A stretch of 63,962 nt of DNA, filler included, from Reclinomonas americana ATCC 50394 (lineage: Eukaryota), in assembly GCA_048213135.1 (NCBI GenBank). It is 7 parts of 3 records of this genome, joined end to end, with 100 filler letters (N's around TTAATTAATTAA, not from the genome) between each part and the next. Parts side by side here need not be neighbours in the genome. Positions count along the whole stretch, not along the records: positions 39,450 to 47,903 come from PS015346.1; positions 48,004 to 60,421 come from PS015346.1; 5 more parts are not named here. One strand, written 5' to 3'. Both the position numbers and the translations under genes were made by a program. This document shows, piece after piece, positions 41,442 through 57,200 of the stretch. The notes below the pieces were generated by a model. That model saw only the letters and a program-made list of their open reading frames with translations. It was not told where the DNA came from and ran no database searches. Position 1 is the stretch's first letter. The number at the start of each line of letters is the position of its first letter.

Positions 41442-43350
41442 ATGTTTTTGCGCGCACACACCCATCGCCGCCTGCTCTCCTCTGCGGCAAGCACTGAGCT
41501 TGGTCAGTGCCACCTCCCCTCACTCTCTTACTCTTCTCGTTGGCGACTCACACTCTCTGACACACACAGACGCGCTCTTTGCAAAGTTCACTGAGCGACT
41601 GCGCAGACCGCCCACCCCGTCGACGTTCGAGTACAACGAGATAATCAGTCGGTTGGCACGTGAAGGGCGACTGCAACAGGTGCACATATTCATACACTCA
41701 TTGCAATCAACTTGTCTCTCACACTCACTCTCTCACTCACTCACTCACTCACCCGCTCACTCATTCACTCATTCACTCACTCCCCCACTCACTCACTGAC
41801 TCACTGACTCACTGACTCACTCACTCACTCACCCACTCACTCACTCACTCACTCACTCACTCACCCACTCACTCACTCACTCACTCACTCACTCACCCAC
41901 TCACTCACTCACTCACACACTCTCTCTCTCTCACTCACTCACTCACTCACTCACTCACTCTCTCACTCACTCACTCACTCACTCCCACTCACTCGCACAA
42001 TCACTCCCTCCATCCCTCACTCACTCACTCACACACTCACTCACTCTCCCCTCCCTCCCTCCTTCGTTGCAGCCCTTCCGCCTCTACAGCGACATGCGAA
42101 AGCGTAACCGTGCGCCCTCCTCTCACACCTTCACCAGTCTCCTCAACGCATGTGCGACTGCTGCGGCCTCGTCGGAGGATCGCACAGTGACGCGAGCGGA
42201 ACGGGCACTGCGATTGGTGCGCGAGGACATGCCGAGATGGGAGGTCGAGCCGCAGGTGGTGCACTACAATGCGCTACTGAAGGCCTGTGTACGCAATGGA
42301 GCGATGCCAGAGGTCAGGGACTGCTTGTTCTTCGTGATATACGTCCTCTTCTTGTTGTTGTTGTTCTTCTTCTTCTTCTTCTTCTTCTTCTTGTTTCTTC
42401 TTCTTGTTTCTTCTTCTTGTACTTCTTCTTCTTCTTCTTCTTCTTCTTGTTCTTGTTCTTCTTCTTGTTCTTGTTCTTGTTCTTGTTCTTCTTCCTCTGC
42501 TTCTTCTTCTTCTTGATTCTTCTTCTTGTTTCTTCTTCTTGTACTTCTTCTTCGTCTTCTTGTTCTTCTTTTTCTTGTTCTTGTTCTTGTTCTTGTTCTT
42601 CTCCTCCTCCTCCTCTTCCCCTCCCTTCCCTTTTTCACTTCCCTTCCCCATTTCCTCCTCATTCTCCTCCTTTACACAACTTGCGCAGGCACGAGAAGTG
42701 TGGAAAGAGGTGTGCGAGAAGACGCGACCGGATGTCCAGTCGTTTGCAGCTGCGTTGCCGCTGTGGGACCTCGATCCACTGGTGAGCCTCGATGTCTTGC
42801 TCTCCTTCCCCTTCTGCCTTCTTGCGCATCATCCCTCCTTCCCTCTTGCGTTGTTTTGCAGTCACTACCCAAGTCACTGGCGACGCTTGGCGTGCGTCCC
42901 GACACGCGTCTCATGAACTCGGCCCTGTCGCGTGTGTCATACGGCGCTCGCTTCGACTATGCGCTTCTCTGCGATCTGTACAGTGGGTTGCGGCAGGCCG
43001 GCGCGCTGCCCAACGACTACACGTACCAGGTGCTGGTCAACAATCTCGGCACGCTAAAGGAGCGACGGCAGCGACTGGCGGCCAAGGGCACGCAGTCGCC
43101 ACCGCGCTTGATTGACGACTCGGCGATTGCGGCGCGCTTCAAGGTGCTGCGGCGCACGGTTCGCGAGGCCGATCAAATGAGCGACGAGACGCTGTGCAGA
43201 CATCTGGAGACGACGCAGTGGTACACGGACCCGAAAACGCGTGCCGTCATTCGACAGGTTCTCGACGGCACGTGGTCGGCGCCACCACGTGTGCCACCCA
43301 AGTTCGCACCCAAACCCCCTGCTGCGGTCGCTGGTGAACCTAGAAAATAG
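41442..43350 (+). CDS. Pentatricopeptide-repeat protein, probably mitochondrial
   Basis: Presequence-like MFLRAHTHRRLLSS; PPR motifs PSTFEYNEIISRLAREGRL, PSSHTFTSLLNACA, PQVVHYNALLKACVRNG, PDTRLMNSAL, PNDYTYQVLV across 5 exons. Confidence 0.85.
41720..42045. repeat. (CTCA)n microsatellite in PPR intron 2 (similar tract at 60195-60420)
   Basis: Directly visible tetranucleotide array. Confidence 0.95.
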
Positions 43351-43408
43351 AGATGAAGTGCCCAGTGCCACACATATTTTTTGTTGTCGTTTTATCATTG
43401 CGATTATC

Positions 43409-47839
<4,431 letters not shown>

Positions 47840-48003
47840 CTGTTGAAAGGCAATGGGCGATCGTCAAGGATCAAATCCGTTTTTTTTAAGCATCACAGTG
47901 TGCNNNNNNNNNNNNNNNNNNNNNNNNNNNNNNNNNNNNNNNNNNNNTTAATTAATTAANNNNNNNNNNNNNNNNNNNNNNNNNNNNNNNNNNNNNNNNN
48001 NNN

Positions 48004-48047
<44 letters not shown>

Positions 48048-48492
48048 GAGGGAGGAGAGAGTGTGGGAGTAAGAGAGAAGAGAGAAGAGAGAAAGGAAGA
48101 GGCATTTGGAGAGTGTGTGAGAGTGTGTGTGTGTGAGAGAGTGTGAGAGAGTGTGTGTGTGAGAGAGAGTGAGTGTGTGAGAGAGAGAGTGTGTGTGTGA
48201 GAGAGAGTGTGTGTGTGTGTGTGTGCGTGTGTGAGTGTGAGAGTGTGTGCGTAAGGAAATGCATGCATGCAAGCAACATATTCAGTGCTTCTTCTCTCAC
48301 ACTCACTCGCTCACACACTCACCCTCACTCACTCACTCGCTCACACACTCACTCTCACTCACACTCACTCACCTCCCTCAGAGACAACATTCGCGCACAA
48401 CTTGCAACACACAGAGTGGACAATCAGCAAATCCCGCCCTTTTTCTACACTTTCTCTCTTCTCTCACGCGCGCTCTCTCCTCTCTCTCCCTA

Positions 48493-48679
48493 ATGGAGGT
48501 CGTCGTGTGGACAGAGGGCGTTGGACTCGCGGGCGATGCGCTGCGAGTGCGCTTGCATTTCACTCCGCTATTTCCCGCCTCTTCTTCTTCTTCCTCCTCC
48601 TCAACAACAACAACAACAACAACAACAGTGACAACTGCTGCTGCTGCTGCGGGTGGTGCAAGTGGAGGAGAGTCGTCAG
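48493..48679 (+). CDS. RGP1: RGP1 first exon on an apparently mis-oriented contig
   Basis: MEVVVWTEGVGLAGDALRVRLHF resembles the RGP1 N-terminus; ends in a phase-1 donor matching the phase-1 acceptor at about 47840 on the minus strand. Confidence 0.65.
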
Positions 48680-48772
48680 GTGAGAGAGAGAAAGAGAGAG
48701 AAAGAGAGAAGAAGAAGAAGAAGAAGAAGAAAAAGAAAAACGTGAGAGGCACTGATTGCGAACACACACACA

Positions 48773-48818
<46 letters not shown>

Positions 48819-49095
48819 NNNNNNNNNNNNNNNNNNNNNNNNNNNNNNNNNNNNNNNNNNNNNNNNNNNNNNNNNNNNNNNNNNNNNNNNNNNNNNNNNN
48901 NNNNNNNNNNNNNNNNNNNNNNNNNNNNNNNNNNNNNNNNNNNNNNNNNNNNNNNNNNNNNNNNNNNNNNNNNNNNNNNNNNNNNNNNNNNNNNNNNNNN
49001 NNNNNNNNNNNNNNNNNNNNNNNNNNNNNNNNNNNNNNNNNNNNNNNNNNNNNNNNNNNNNNNNNNNNNNNNNNNNNNNNNNNNNNNNNNNNNNN

Positions 49096-50170
49096 CGATT
49101 TGCGTGCGATACATCAGCACGCGCTGAATGGCCTCCATGGCGTCGGCGCCGAGCAGCTCGAACAAGTCGTTCTGCATCACCTCCTCCGGCTGCGTGGAGC
49201 GCAACAAGCGCACCACGGCTCCGGCCAGTTGCGTGCCCGTCATGTTGCCGCCGTGCGTGCTGCGTGCCAGGCGATCGCACTCACGACGCAGCCAGTCCAT
49301 GAGCACGGCGGGTTTGACGGCCTCCGGGAGGTCCGCTGTGCAGGGAAAAAATGAGCGAGGAGATGGACAGGAGACAATGAAGGGAAGAGATAACAGACAT
49401 CGACAGATAGAGACGTGTAGAATTAAGAGAGCGAGCGAGAGAGAGAGAGAGAGAGAAACAGCACAAAGACATCGACAGTGAAAGACATTTAGAAATCAGG
49501 AGCGAGATCGAGAGAGAGAGCACAAAAGACAGAAAGCACAAAATACAGAAAGCACAAAATACAGAAAGCACAAAATACAGAAAGCACAAAAAGAGAGTGA
49601 AAGAGAAAGAGAGAACGAAAGAGAGAAAGAGAGAGTAGATAAGGAAAGAAAGGCGAATACTCAACGACAACACAAATGAGAAAGCAAATCTCTCTTCCTG
49701 ACTCACATAGTTCGTCGCCGGCATTCGCGGCGGCGAGAGCATTCGCACGCCGATCCTCAATGGCCTCCATGTCCATCGAGTCGAGCGTCTCCAACTCGTC
49801 GTCCTCGTTGAGATCCAATCGACCCTCCTCGGCCGCCAAGAACTCGGCCAGCCCACCATCCATGAACGCAAAATCGAGAGTGGCGCCCGACGAGTACTCC
49901 TCCGCCAGCAAAGGAACGCGCTCTGCAAATAATGAAAATGAGCGCGATCGTATTTTTTTGACGGCGTACAAGAGACACACACCCTCGCGAGCAGATGACG
50001 CCTGCAGTGCCGCCGCCGGTGCGGGCTTGGCTGATGACGAGCCGCTGCCGGCAGCCACGGCGTTCTTGCGAATGTGATACAGGCGGCACACGACACGGCG
50101 GATTTCTTCGTATTCGCGGTGCGGGAGCTCGCCCATCAGCGACATGAGGGCTTCGCGCATGCGGCCGTAG
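49096..50170 (-). CDS. ASCC3: N-terminal exons of ASCC3/Slh1 on an apparently mis-oriented contig
   Basis: WLRRECDRL...VVRLLRSTQPEEVMQNDLFELLGADAMEAIQRVLMYR resembles the N-terminal PWI-like region of ASCC3/Brr2-family helicases; contig bounded by N gaps. Confidence 0.65.
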
Positions 50171-50334
50171 NNNNNNNNNNNNNNNNNNNNNNNNNNNNNN
50201 NNNNNNNNNNNNNNNNNNNNNNNNNNNNNNNNNNNNNNNNNNNNNNNNNNNNNNNNNNNNNNNNNNNNNNNNNNNNNNNNNNNNNNNNNNNNNNNNNNNN
50301 NNNNNNNNNNNNNNNNNNNNNNNNNNNNNNNNNN

Positions 50335-51205
50335 TCGGCACCGTGGAGGGCGCTGCGGAGCGCGCCAAGAAGCGGCGACACGACATTGTTGCTGCGCAGG
50401 CGCAGGCCGCCGTCACACAGCCGACGCACACGCTCGGCTTTACTGTGCGCACCGTGGCCGACAGCAAGCAGAAGAAGAAGGTGCGAAGGGTGCCGAAGAC
50501 GTCGCTGGGCGGTGATTGTTCCACTACACATTCTCCCGTCTCTTGTCATATGCTTTCTTCTCACTCTCTCGCTTCATCTTCTCCTCCTGATTCACGTCTT
50601 CTGCTCTTCCCCTGTCTACTGCCCTCTCTCTCGTTCTCCTTCCATCTTGCTTTCTTCTTCTGTCATCTCCAGTCTTCGTTTTCACATTTTTCTCTCTCTC
50701 TCTCTCACACAGATACTCTCGCACTCTTCTCCTCTCTTCAGCCTGTCCCGTCTCTTTTCTGTCTTTCGTGCTCCTTTTCTCTTCAGCCTGTCACGTCTCT
50801 CGCTCTGTCTCTTTCCCTCTCCTCCTCTCTCTCTTCTCTTTACTCCTCCTCCTCCTCCTCTTCTGCCGTCTTCTTTGTCTCCCCCTCTCACTTTCTTTCT
50901 TTTCCTTGTCCTTTCTCTCTCTTTCTTTCTCCTTCCTTCTCTTCTCCTTCCTTCTCTCTTCTCTCGTCTCCCCTCTCTCATCCCTTCCCTCGTTGAGCAG
51001 AAGAAGGACGAGGGCTCCTTCCTCCCCGCGGAAGAGGACTGGTTGCTCCAAGTGGGTGCCGGCGACTACCTGGCATTGACGCCAGACACGCAGGCAGCAC
51101 CAGGGTGCGTGCGGTCACAAAATGCAAGCACACATTCCCTCCTTTTTTGTCGCTCACTCACTCTCTCTCTCTCTCTCACTCACTCTCTGTCTCTCTGTCT
51201 GTCTC

Positions 51206-51256
<51 letters not shown>

Positions 51257-54200
51257 CAGATTCAACACCCTCATCGCCACCGGCACCAATGCACGTGAGG
51301 ACTTGGAGGCGGCGCTCGGCTTGCAGATGGGCAAGGCCACGAGCTCCGGCTTGTCGTCGCTGTTTGGGCGCATTCAGTTGCCGCCGGGATCCAAGCGCTA
51401 CCGCAAGATGGTTTGAGCAGTTGGAGATGCGAGACAGCCACAGACACTGCGTGATTCTCAACTATCTCTCATTCGCAGAACCACGAAGAAGTCTACTGCC
51501 CTGCCCCCGAAGTGATTCCCACTCGGCACGCGGAGTTGGTGCCCATTAGCAAACTGGATGACTTTGCACAGCGCGCTTTTCCGGTGAGTGCTTGCGCCCT
51601 GTGTTGTTGTTGTTGTCTTCTTCACACGCTCCCTTCTCACTTTTCCTTTCTTGCAAAAAACAGGGCGTGTCGGCTCTCAATCGCCTGCAATCGCGCGTCT
51701 TCGAGGCCGCCTACCGCTCCAACGAGAACCTGCTGATTTGCGCTCCCACCGGCGCCGGTAAAACCAACGTGGCCATGCTCACCATTCTCAACGAGGTGGG
51801 CCGCCATTTGCGGAACGGCATTCTGCGGAAAGGTGAGAACCTCACTGTTCTCTCAATCGCGTGCACAACTCTTACCTCTTTTTCGCAGATGAATTCAAGA
51901 TCGTGTACGTGGCACCGATGAAGGCACTGGCGGCTGAAATGGTCGGCAACTTTAGCAAGCGCCTGTCGCCACTGGGCGTGGCGGTGCGCGAATACACTGG
52001 CGATATGCAGTTGACGCGCAAGGAGGTCGCGGAGACGCAGATCCTGGTCACCACTCCGGAAAAGTGGGATGTGGTCACGCGCAAGAGTGGCGACGCATTG
52101 GTGCAAATGGTCAAGCTGCTCATCATCGACGAGGTGCACTTGCTGGCCGAAGATCGTGGCCCCGTGATTGAGGTGCTGGTGGCGCGCACGCTGCGACAAG
52201 TGGAGGCGACGCAGAGCATGGTGCGCATTGTCGGTCTGTCGGCCACGCTGCCGAACTATCAGGATGTGGCGCTATTCTTGAGGTGCGACTTTTGCTAATT
52301 GGAGAGTTGCGCATCCGTCGCTCATTTTTGCTGGTTGCACAGAGTCAACCCGCAAAAGGGTCTCTTCTACTTTGACTCGACATTCAGACCGGTGCCGCTG
52401 GCGCAGACGTTTGTTGGTGTGAACGAAAAGAATGTGCTCCGTCGGCAGCAGGTGATGAACGAAATCTGCTACGAAAAGGTGTGTGACGCTGCTGTCCTTT
52501 GTCTGCAGGTTTGTCGCGTCTCACATTTGTCGCAGGTGTTGGAGAGTGTCAAGGAGGGCTACCAGGTCATGGTGTTTGTGCACTCGCGCAAGGACACGGT
52601 GAAGACGGCGCGCGCTCTGATCGACATGATTGCCGACAAGGGAGATCGAGGTGAAATCGCTGTTTATGAGAGATCGCTCTTGCCTGTGCATCGTCTCATC
52701 GTTGTGTCTGTCACAGAATGGTTCAACTGCACTGAGCAAATCGAGACGTGGGTGCTGCGACGCATGGAGAAAGCTCGTTCGCCCGAAGTTCGGCAGTTGT
52801 TTGACCATGGCTTTGGCGTCCACAATGCCGGCCTGCTTCGTCAGGACCGCGACTTGACAGAGAAGCTGTTTATGCAGGGTGCCATCAAGGTACTCGAGCA
52901 GTCGGTGATGTCATGCGTTGCTGAATCTCAGTTGTGCGTCCCGTCACAGGTGCTGTGCACCACCGCCACTTTGGCGTGGGGCGTCAACTTGCCGGCCCAC
53001 ACGGTCATTATCAAGGGCACGCAGCTCTACAACGCCGAGCAAGGCAAGTTTGTCGACCTTGGCATGCTGGACGTGATGCAGATCTTTGGGTGCGCGCGTG
53101 TGTTGTTCACTCCTCCATCCTCTCTACGCTTTTGCTCAATCCGCTTGTGCAGTCGTGCCGGTCGACCGCAGTTCGACACGACAGGCGAAGCTGTGCTGCT
53201 CACCTCGCACGACAAGCTCGACCACTACCTCGGCATGCTGAGCGCGCAGATTCCGATTGAGAGTCAGTTCTCCAAGGGTGCGCTGATGCACCGCTCCTGG
53301 TTGTTCCTTCGCACACTTGCACTTATTCACTTTCGCGCGCAGCGCTGCCCGACCACCTGAATGCGGAAATCTCCCTCGGCACCGTCACCAATGTGCGCGA
53401 GGCCATCCAGTGGCTCTCCTACACCTACCTGTACATCCGCGCCATGAAGAACCCGATGGCGTACGGAATCACATACGAGGAGAAGGTCAGCACGACAAGG
53501 AAAGAAAGTCCCGCTTGTGCAGATTGACTGACCGCCTTGCAGAACCAAGATCGCTTCCTACACGAATTCCGTCAAAAGCTGATTCACGATGCAGCCAAAA
53601 CACTGGACCAGGCTCGCATGATTCGCTTCGACAAGCGAGTTGGCACACTGGCCGCCACCGATCTGGGACGAGTGGCAGCGCAGTACTATGTGCACCACGG
53701 CACGATTCGCATGTTGCGTGTGGGGAGATAGATCGATTTTTTTGCTGCTGCCATGCTTTTCTCACGCACGCGCAGGTGGACAACGGGCCTCACGCGCTTC
53801 ATGACGGACGAGGAGATTCTGAAGGTGGTCTCCACCAGTCAAGAGTTCGAGAACATGCAGGTTCGCGACGAAGAAATGGAGGAGCTGGACGAGCTGATGG
53901 CGCGCGCATGCCCCGTGCGTGTCGGCCACGGAGTGGAGAATCGCGAGGGCAAGACCAGTTGCGACGCGCAGGAGTCGCTGCTTCATTTCGCGCTGAATGC
54001 TCATCTGTTGCTTGTCGCAGATGTGCTGCTGCAGGCGTACATTTCACGCGCCCAAGTCAACTCGTTCTCGCTCGTGTCGGACTGCGCCTTTGTTACGCAG
54101 TCGGCTGGGCGGTGAGTCGTTCTCCAGCACCTGCTCTCGTAATCCCATCAGCTGACTCATTCACGTGCAGCATTCTGCGCGCTCTCTTTGAGATTGCTCT

Positions 54201-57200
54201 GCGTCGCGGATGGACGCTGATGACGTATCGCACGCTGACACTGTGCAAGGTCGCCGAGAAGCGCATTTGGGACTTTTTGCACCCGCTGCGGCAGTTCGAG
54301 GTGCTGCCCGAGTCCGTGTTGCACAAGCTCGAGTACAAGCGGGTGAGGCGGATGTGGACAGGCTTATCCAAGGTCTTCTTTTGCTTACACGCTTGCATTC
54401 CACAACGTAGGCCACCATTCAGGATCTGCGCGACATGAACGAGCACGAGATCGGTCACTTTGTGCAGAATCAGCGTTCCGCGTCCACCATTGTGCGCTGC
54501 GTACAGCAGTTCCCCGTGTTGAACTTGGAGGCCACTGTGCAACCCATTACGCGATCCATTTTGCGCATGCAAATTCGTGCGTCTCTCCCTTCACGCCTTT
54601 CTTTTGTCGTTCTCCAAATGACACCATTGTCGTCGTTGTCGCACAGGCATCACCAGCGACTTTGAGTGGAACGACCGCTACCACAGCTCCGCCGAACCGT
54701 GGTGGATTCTGGTGGAGGATCCCAACAGCGAGAACGGCGTGCTGCATCGCGAGTACTTTTTGCTGAACAAGTTGCGCGTGTGATTCGATGTGAACTCTGT
54801 CTTCCACCTTCATTCCTCAGCTGTGCGTGCAGGAAGGAGCGCCGGGATGAGCACAAGATGGAGTTCACACTTCCCATTCAGGAGCCGCTGCCGCCGCAGG
54901 TTTGCAGCATCCTTCCTAACTACTGTCTCTCTATTACTCACGGCCACATGCACACAGTACCTCATCCATGCCGTGAGCGAGCGCTGGCTGCACGCAGAAA
55001 CCGTGCTCCCGGTCTCCTTCCAGCACTTGATCCTGCCGCAGCGTCACGTGCCGCACTCGACGCTGCTGAAGCTGACGCCGCTGCCGGTGACGGCGTTGCA
55101 GAAGCGCGAGTACATTGAGCTGTACAAGTACGATCATTTCAACCCAATCCAGACGCAGGTGAGAATGGGGAGAAGAGGGGAAAGGAAGTGGGGGGAGATG
55201 GGGGAAGGGAAAGGTCATCGAAGAGAGAGAAGAAGGATGAACGAGAAAAGGAAGAAAGAAAGAAAGAATGAGAGAGAGAGAGAAAAAAGAAAGAAAGAAA
55301 GAGAGAGAGAGAATGAGAGAGAGTGAGGGAATGAGAAAGAAAGAGAAATGGGAGGAAGGGATAGGAGAAGGAAAGAGAGAGGAATAGAATGAGAAAAAAA
55401 GAGAAAGAGGAAGAAAGAAAGAAAGGATGAAAGAAGGAAAAGAGAGGGGAAGAAAGAAATAAAGAAATAGAGCAAGAAAGAAAGAAAGAGAATGAGAGGA
55501 AGGGATATGAGAAGGAAAGAGAGAAACGTAAAAGGACGGAAAGGAGAGTGTGACGAGGAATAGAGAGCAAGTGAGAAAGAGGCATAAGAGGAGAATGCAC
55601 TGAGCAGCAGCAAGTGCGTCTGTCTTGCGAACCCTAACTTTTCTGCCACTGACCGCAGATCTTCCACACACTGTTGCACACGAACCACAATGTGCTGCTG
55701 GGTGCACCGACGGGCTCCGGCAAAACCATTGCGGCCGAGTTCGCCATGTTCCGCGTGTTTAACGAATTCCCGAAGGGCAAGGTGGTCTACATTGGTCCGC
55801 TGAAGGCCCTGGTGCGTGAGCGAATGGAGGACTGGAAGCGCCGGTTCGGAAAGCAGCTCGGCAAGAAGGTGGTGGAGCTGACGGGCGACTTCACGCCAGG
55901 TATGGAGCGTTGATGACACACCTTTTTTTGTGTGGCCACTTAATTCACTCCGTATTCCCGCAGACATGCGTGCACTGCAGCAGGCCGACCTGGTGCTCAC
56001 CACTCCAGAAAAGTGGGACGGTATCAGTCGTAACTGGCAGAAGCGTGGCTACGTGCGTGACGTGCGTTTGATGATTTTCGACGAGATTCACTTGCTGGGC
56101 GGTGCGTGCGCGAGAGGGGCGATGTGGGGACGGTGGATTACGTTGATTTTCTGACTCTGTATGTTCGTGCAGGCGATCGTGGTCCGATTCTCGAAGTCGT
56201 TGCGTCAGTCGTTGTGCGATTTGCTGCTGGTGTTTGCCGGTCACCTCACCGCCCCTCTCTTTCTCCCACGCAGATCGTGTCCCGCATGCGGTACATTGCG
56301 TGGCACACGGGTCATGAGATCCGCTTCGTGGGTCTCTCCACGGCGCTGGCCAACGCGGTCGATTTGGCCGAGTGGCTCGGCATTCCGCGCCAGGGTCTCT
56401 TCAACTTCAAGCCCTCTGTGCGCCCGGTGCCTGTGGATGTTGCGTTTGTGTCGCATTAACCTGCGTCTTTTTCCTGCTTGCTCACCTCACCTCCTTTTTT
56501 TTGCCACACCACAGGTCCACATTCAAGGCTTCCCCGGCCGCCAGTACTGCCCGCGCATGGCCACGATGAACAAACCGACGTACACGGCCATCATGACGCA
56601 CTCTCCCGAAAAGTCGGTGCTGGTGTTTGTGTCGTCGCGTCGCCAGACTCGCCTCACGGCCATGGTGCGTGGTGGGTGATGCCTGTGCGAGGAGGCGAAA
56701 ACGTTTGTTGACTGTCTGTACAGGATCTGATTGCGTTGGCCTCGCACGACGAGCGACCGCGTGCCTTCCTCCGCTGCGACGAGGAGGAGATTGCACTGAT
56801 TTCCGAATCGGTGCGTGGATGACTGTCTGTGTGTGTGTGTGTGTGTGTTATCTTCTCCACAATGCTCATGCCACCATCTGTGCACAGGTCAAGGACAGCA
56901 ACTTGAAACACACGCTGCTGTTTGGCGTCGGTCTGCATCATGCCGGTCTCAATGAGCACGACAAGACGGTGAGTTGATTGGTGAAGGGAGGCAGTGACAA
57001 GCAAATGGTCAAGAAGATAGCAGGAACAGCGAGAGTGTGTTAGAAAGGAAGTGATGAAGAGGTCGATGGAAGGAAAGAAAGAAAGAAAGAAAGTAAGCGA
57101 GAAAAAAAGCGAGAGAAAAGCGAGAGAAAGCATGATGGAAAGTGAGTGAGGGCACGAGTGAGAGAAAGAGTGAGACAAGAAAACGTGAGAAATATGATAA

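Noticed and set aside
42314..42690. Poly-Phe/Ser/Leu or Arg/Glu ORFs from CT/GA tracts here and elsewhere (e.g. 5891-6825, 44019-44922, 46631-47889)
   Set aside because: Translations of intronic microsatellites
53713..53776. Non-canonical TT...GG intron reading at GTTGCG sites
   Set aside because: Only possible where the next exon starts with G; a GT-AG reading restores frame at all 19 sites
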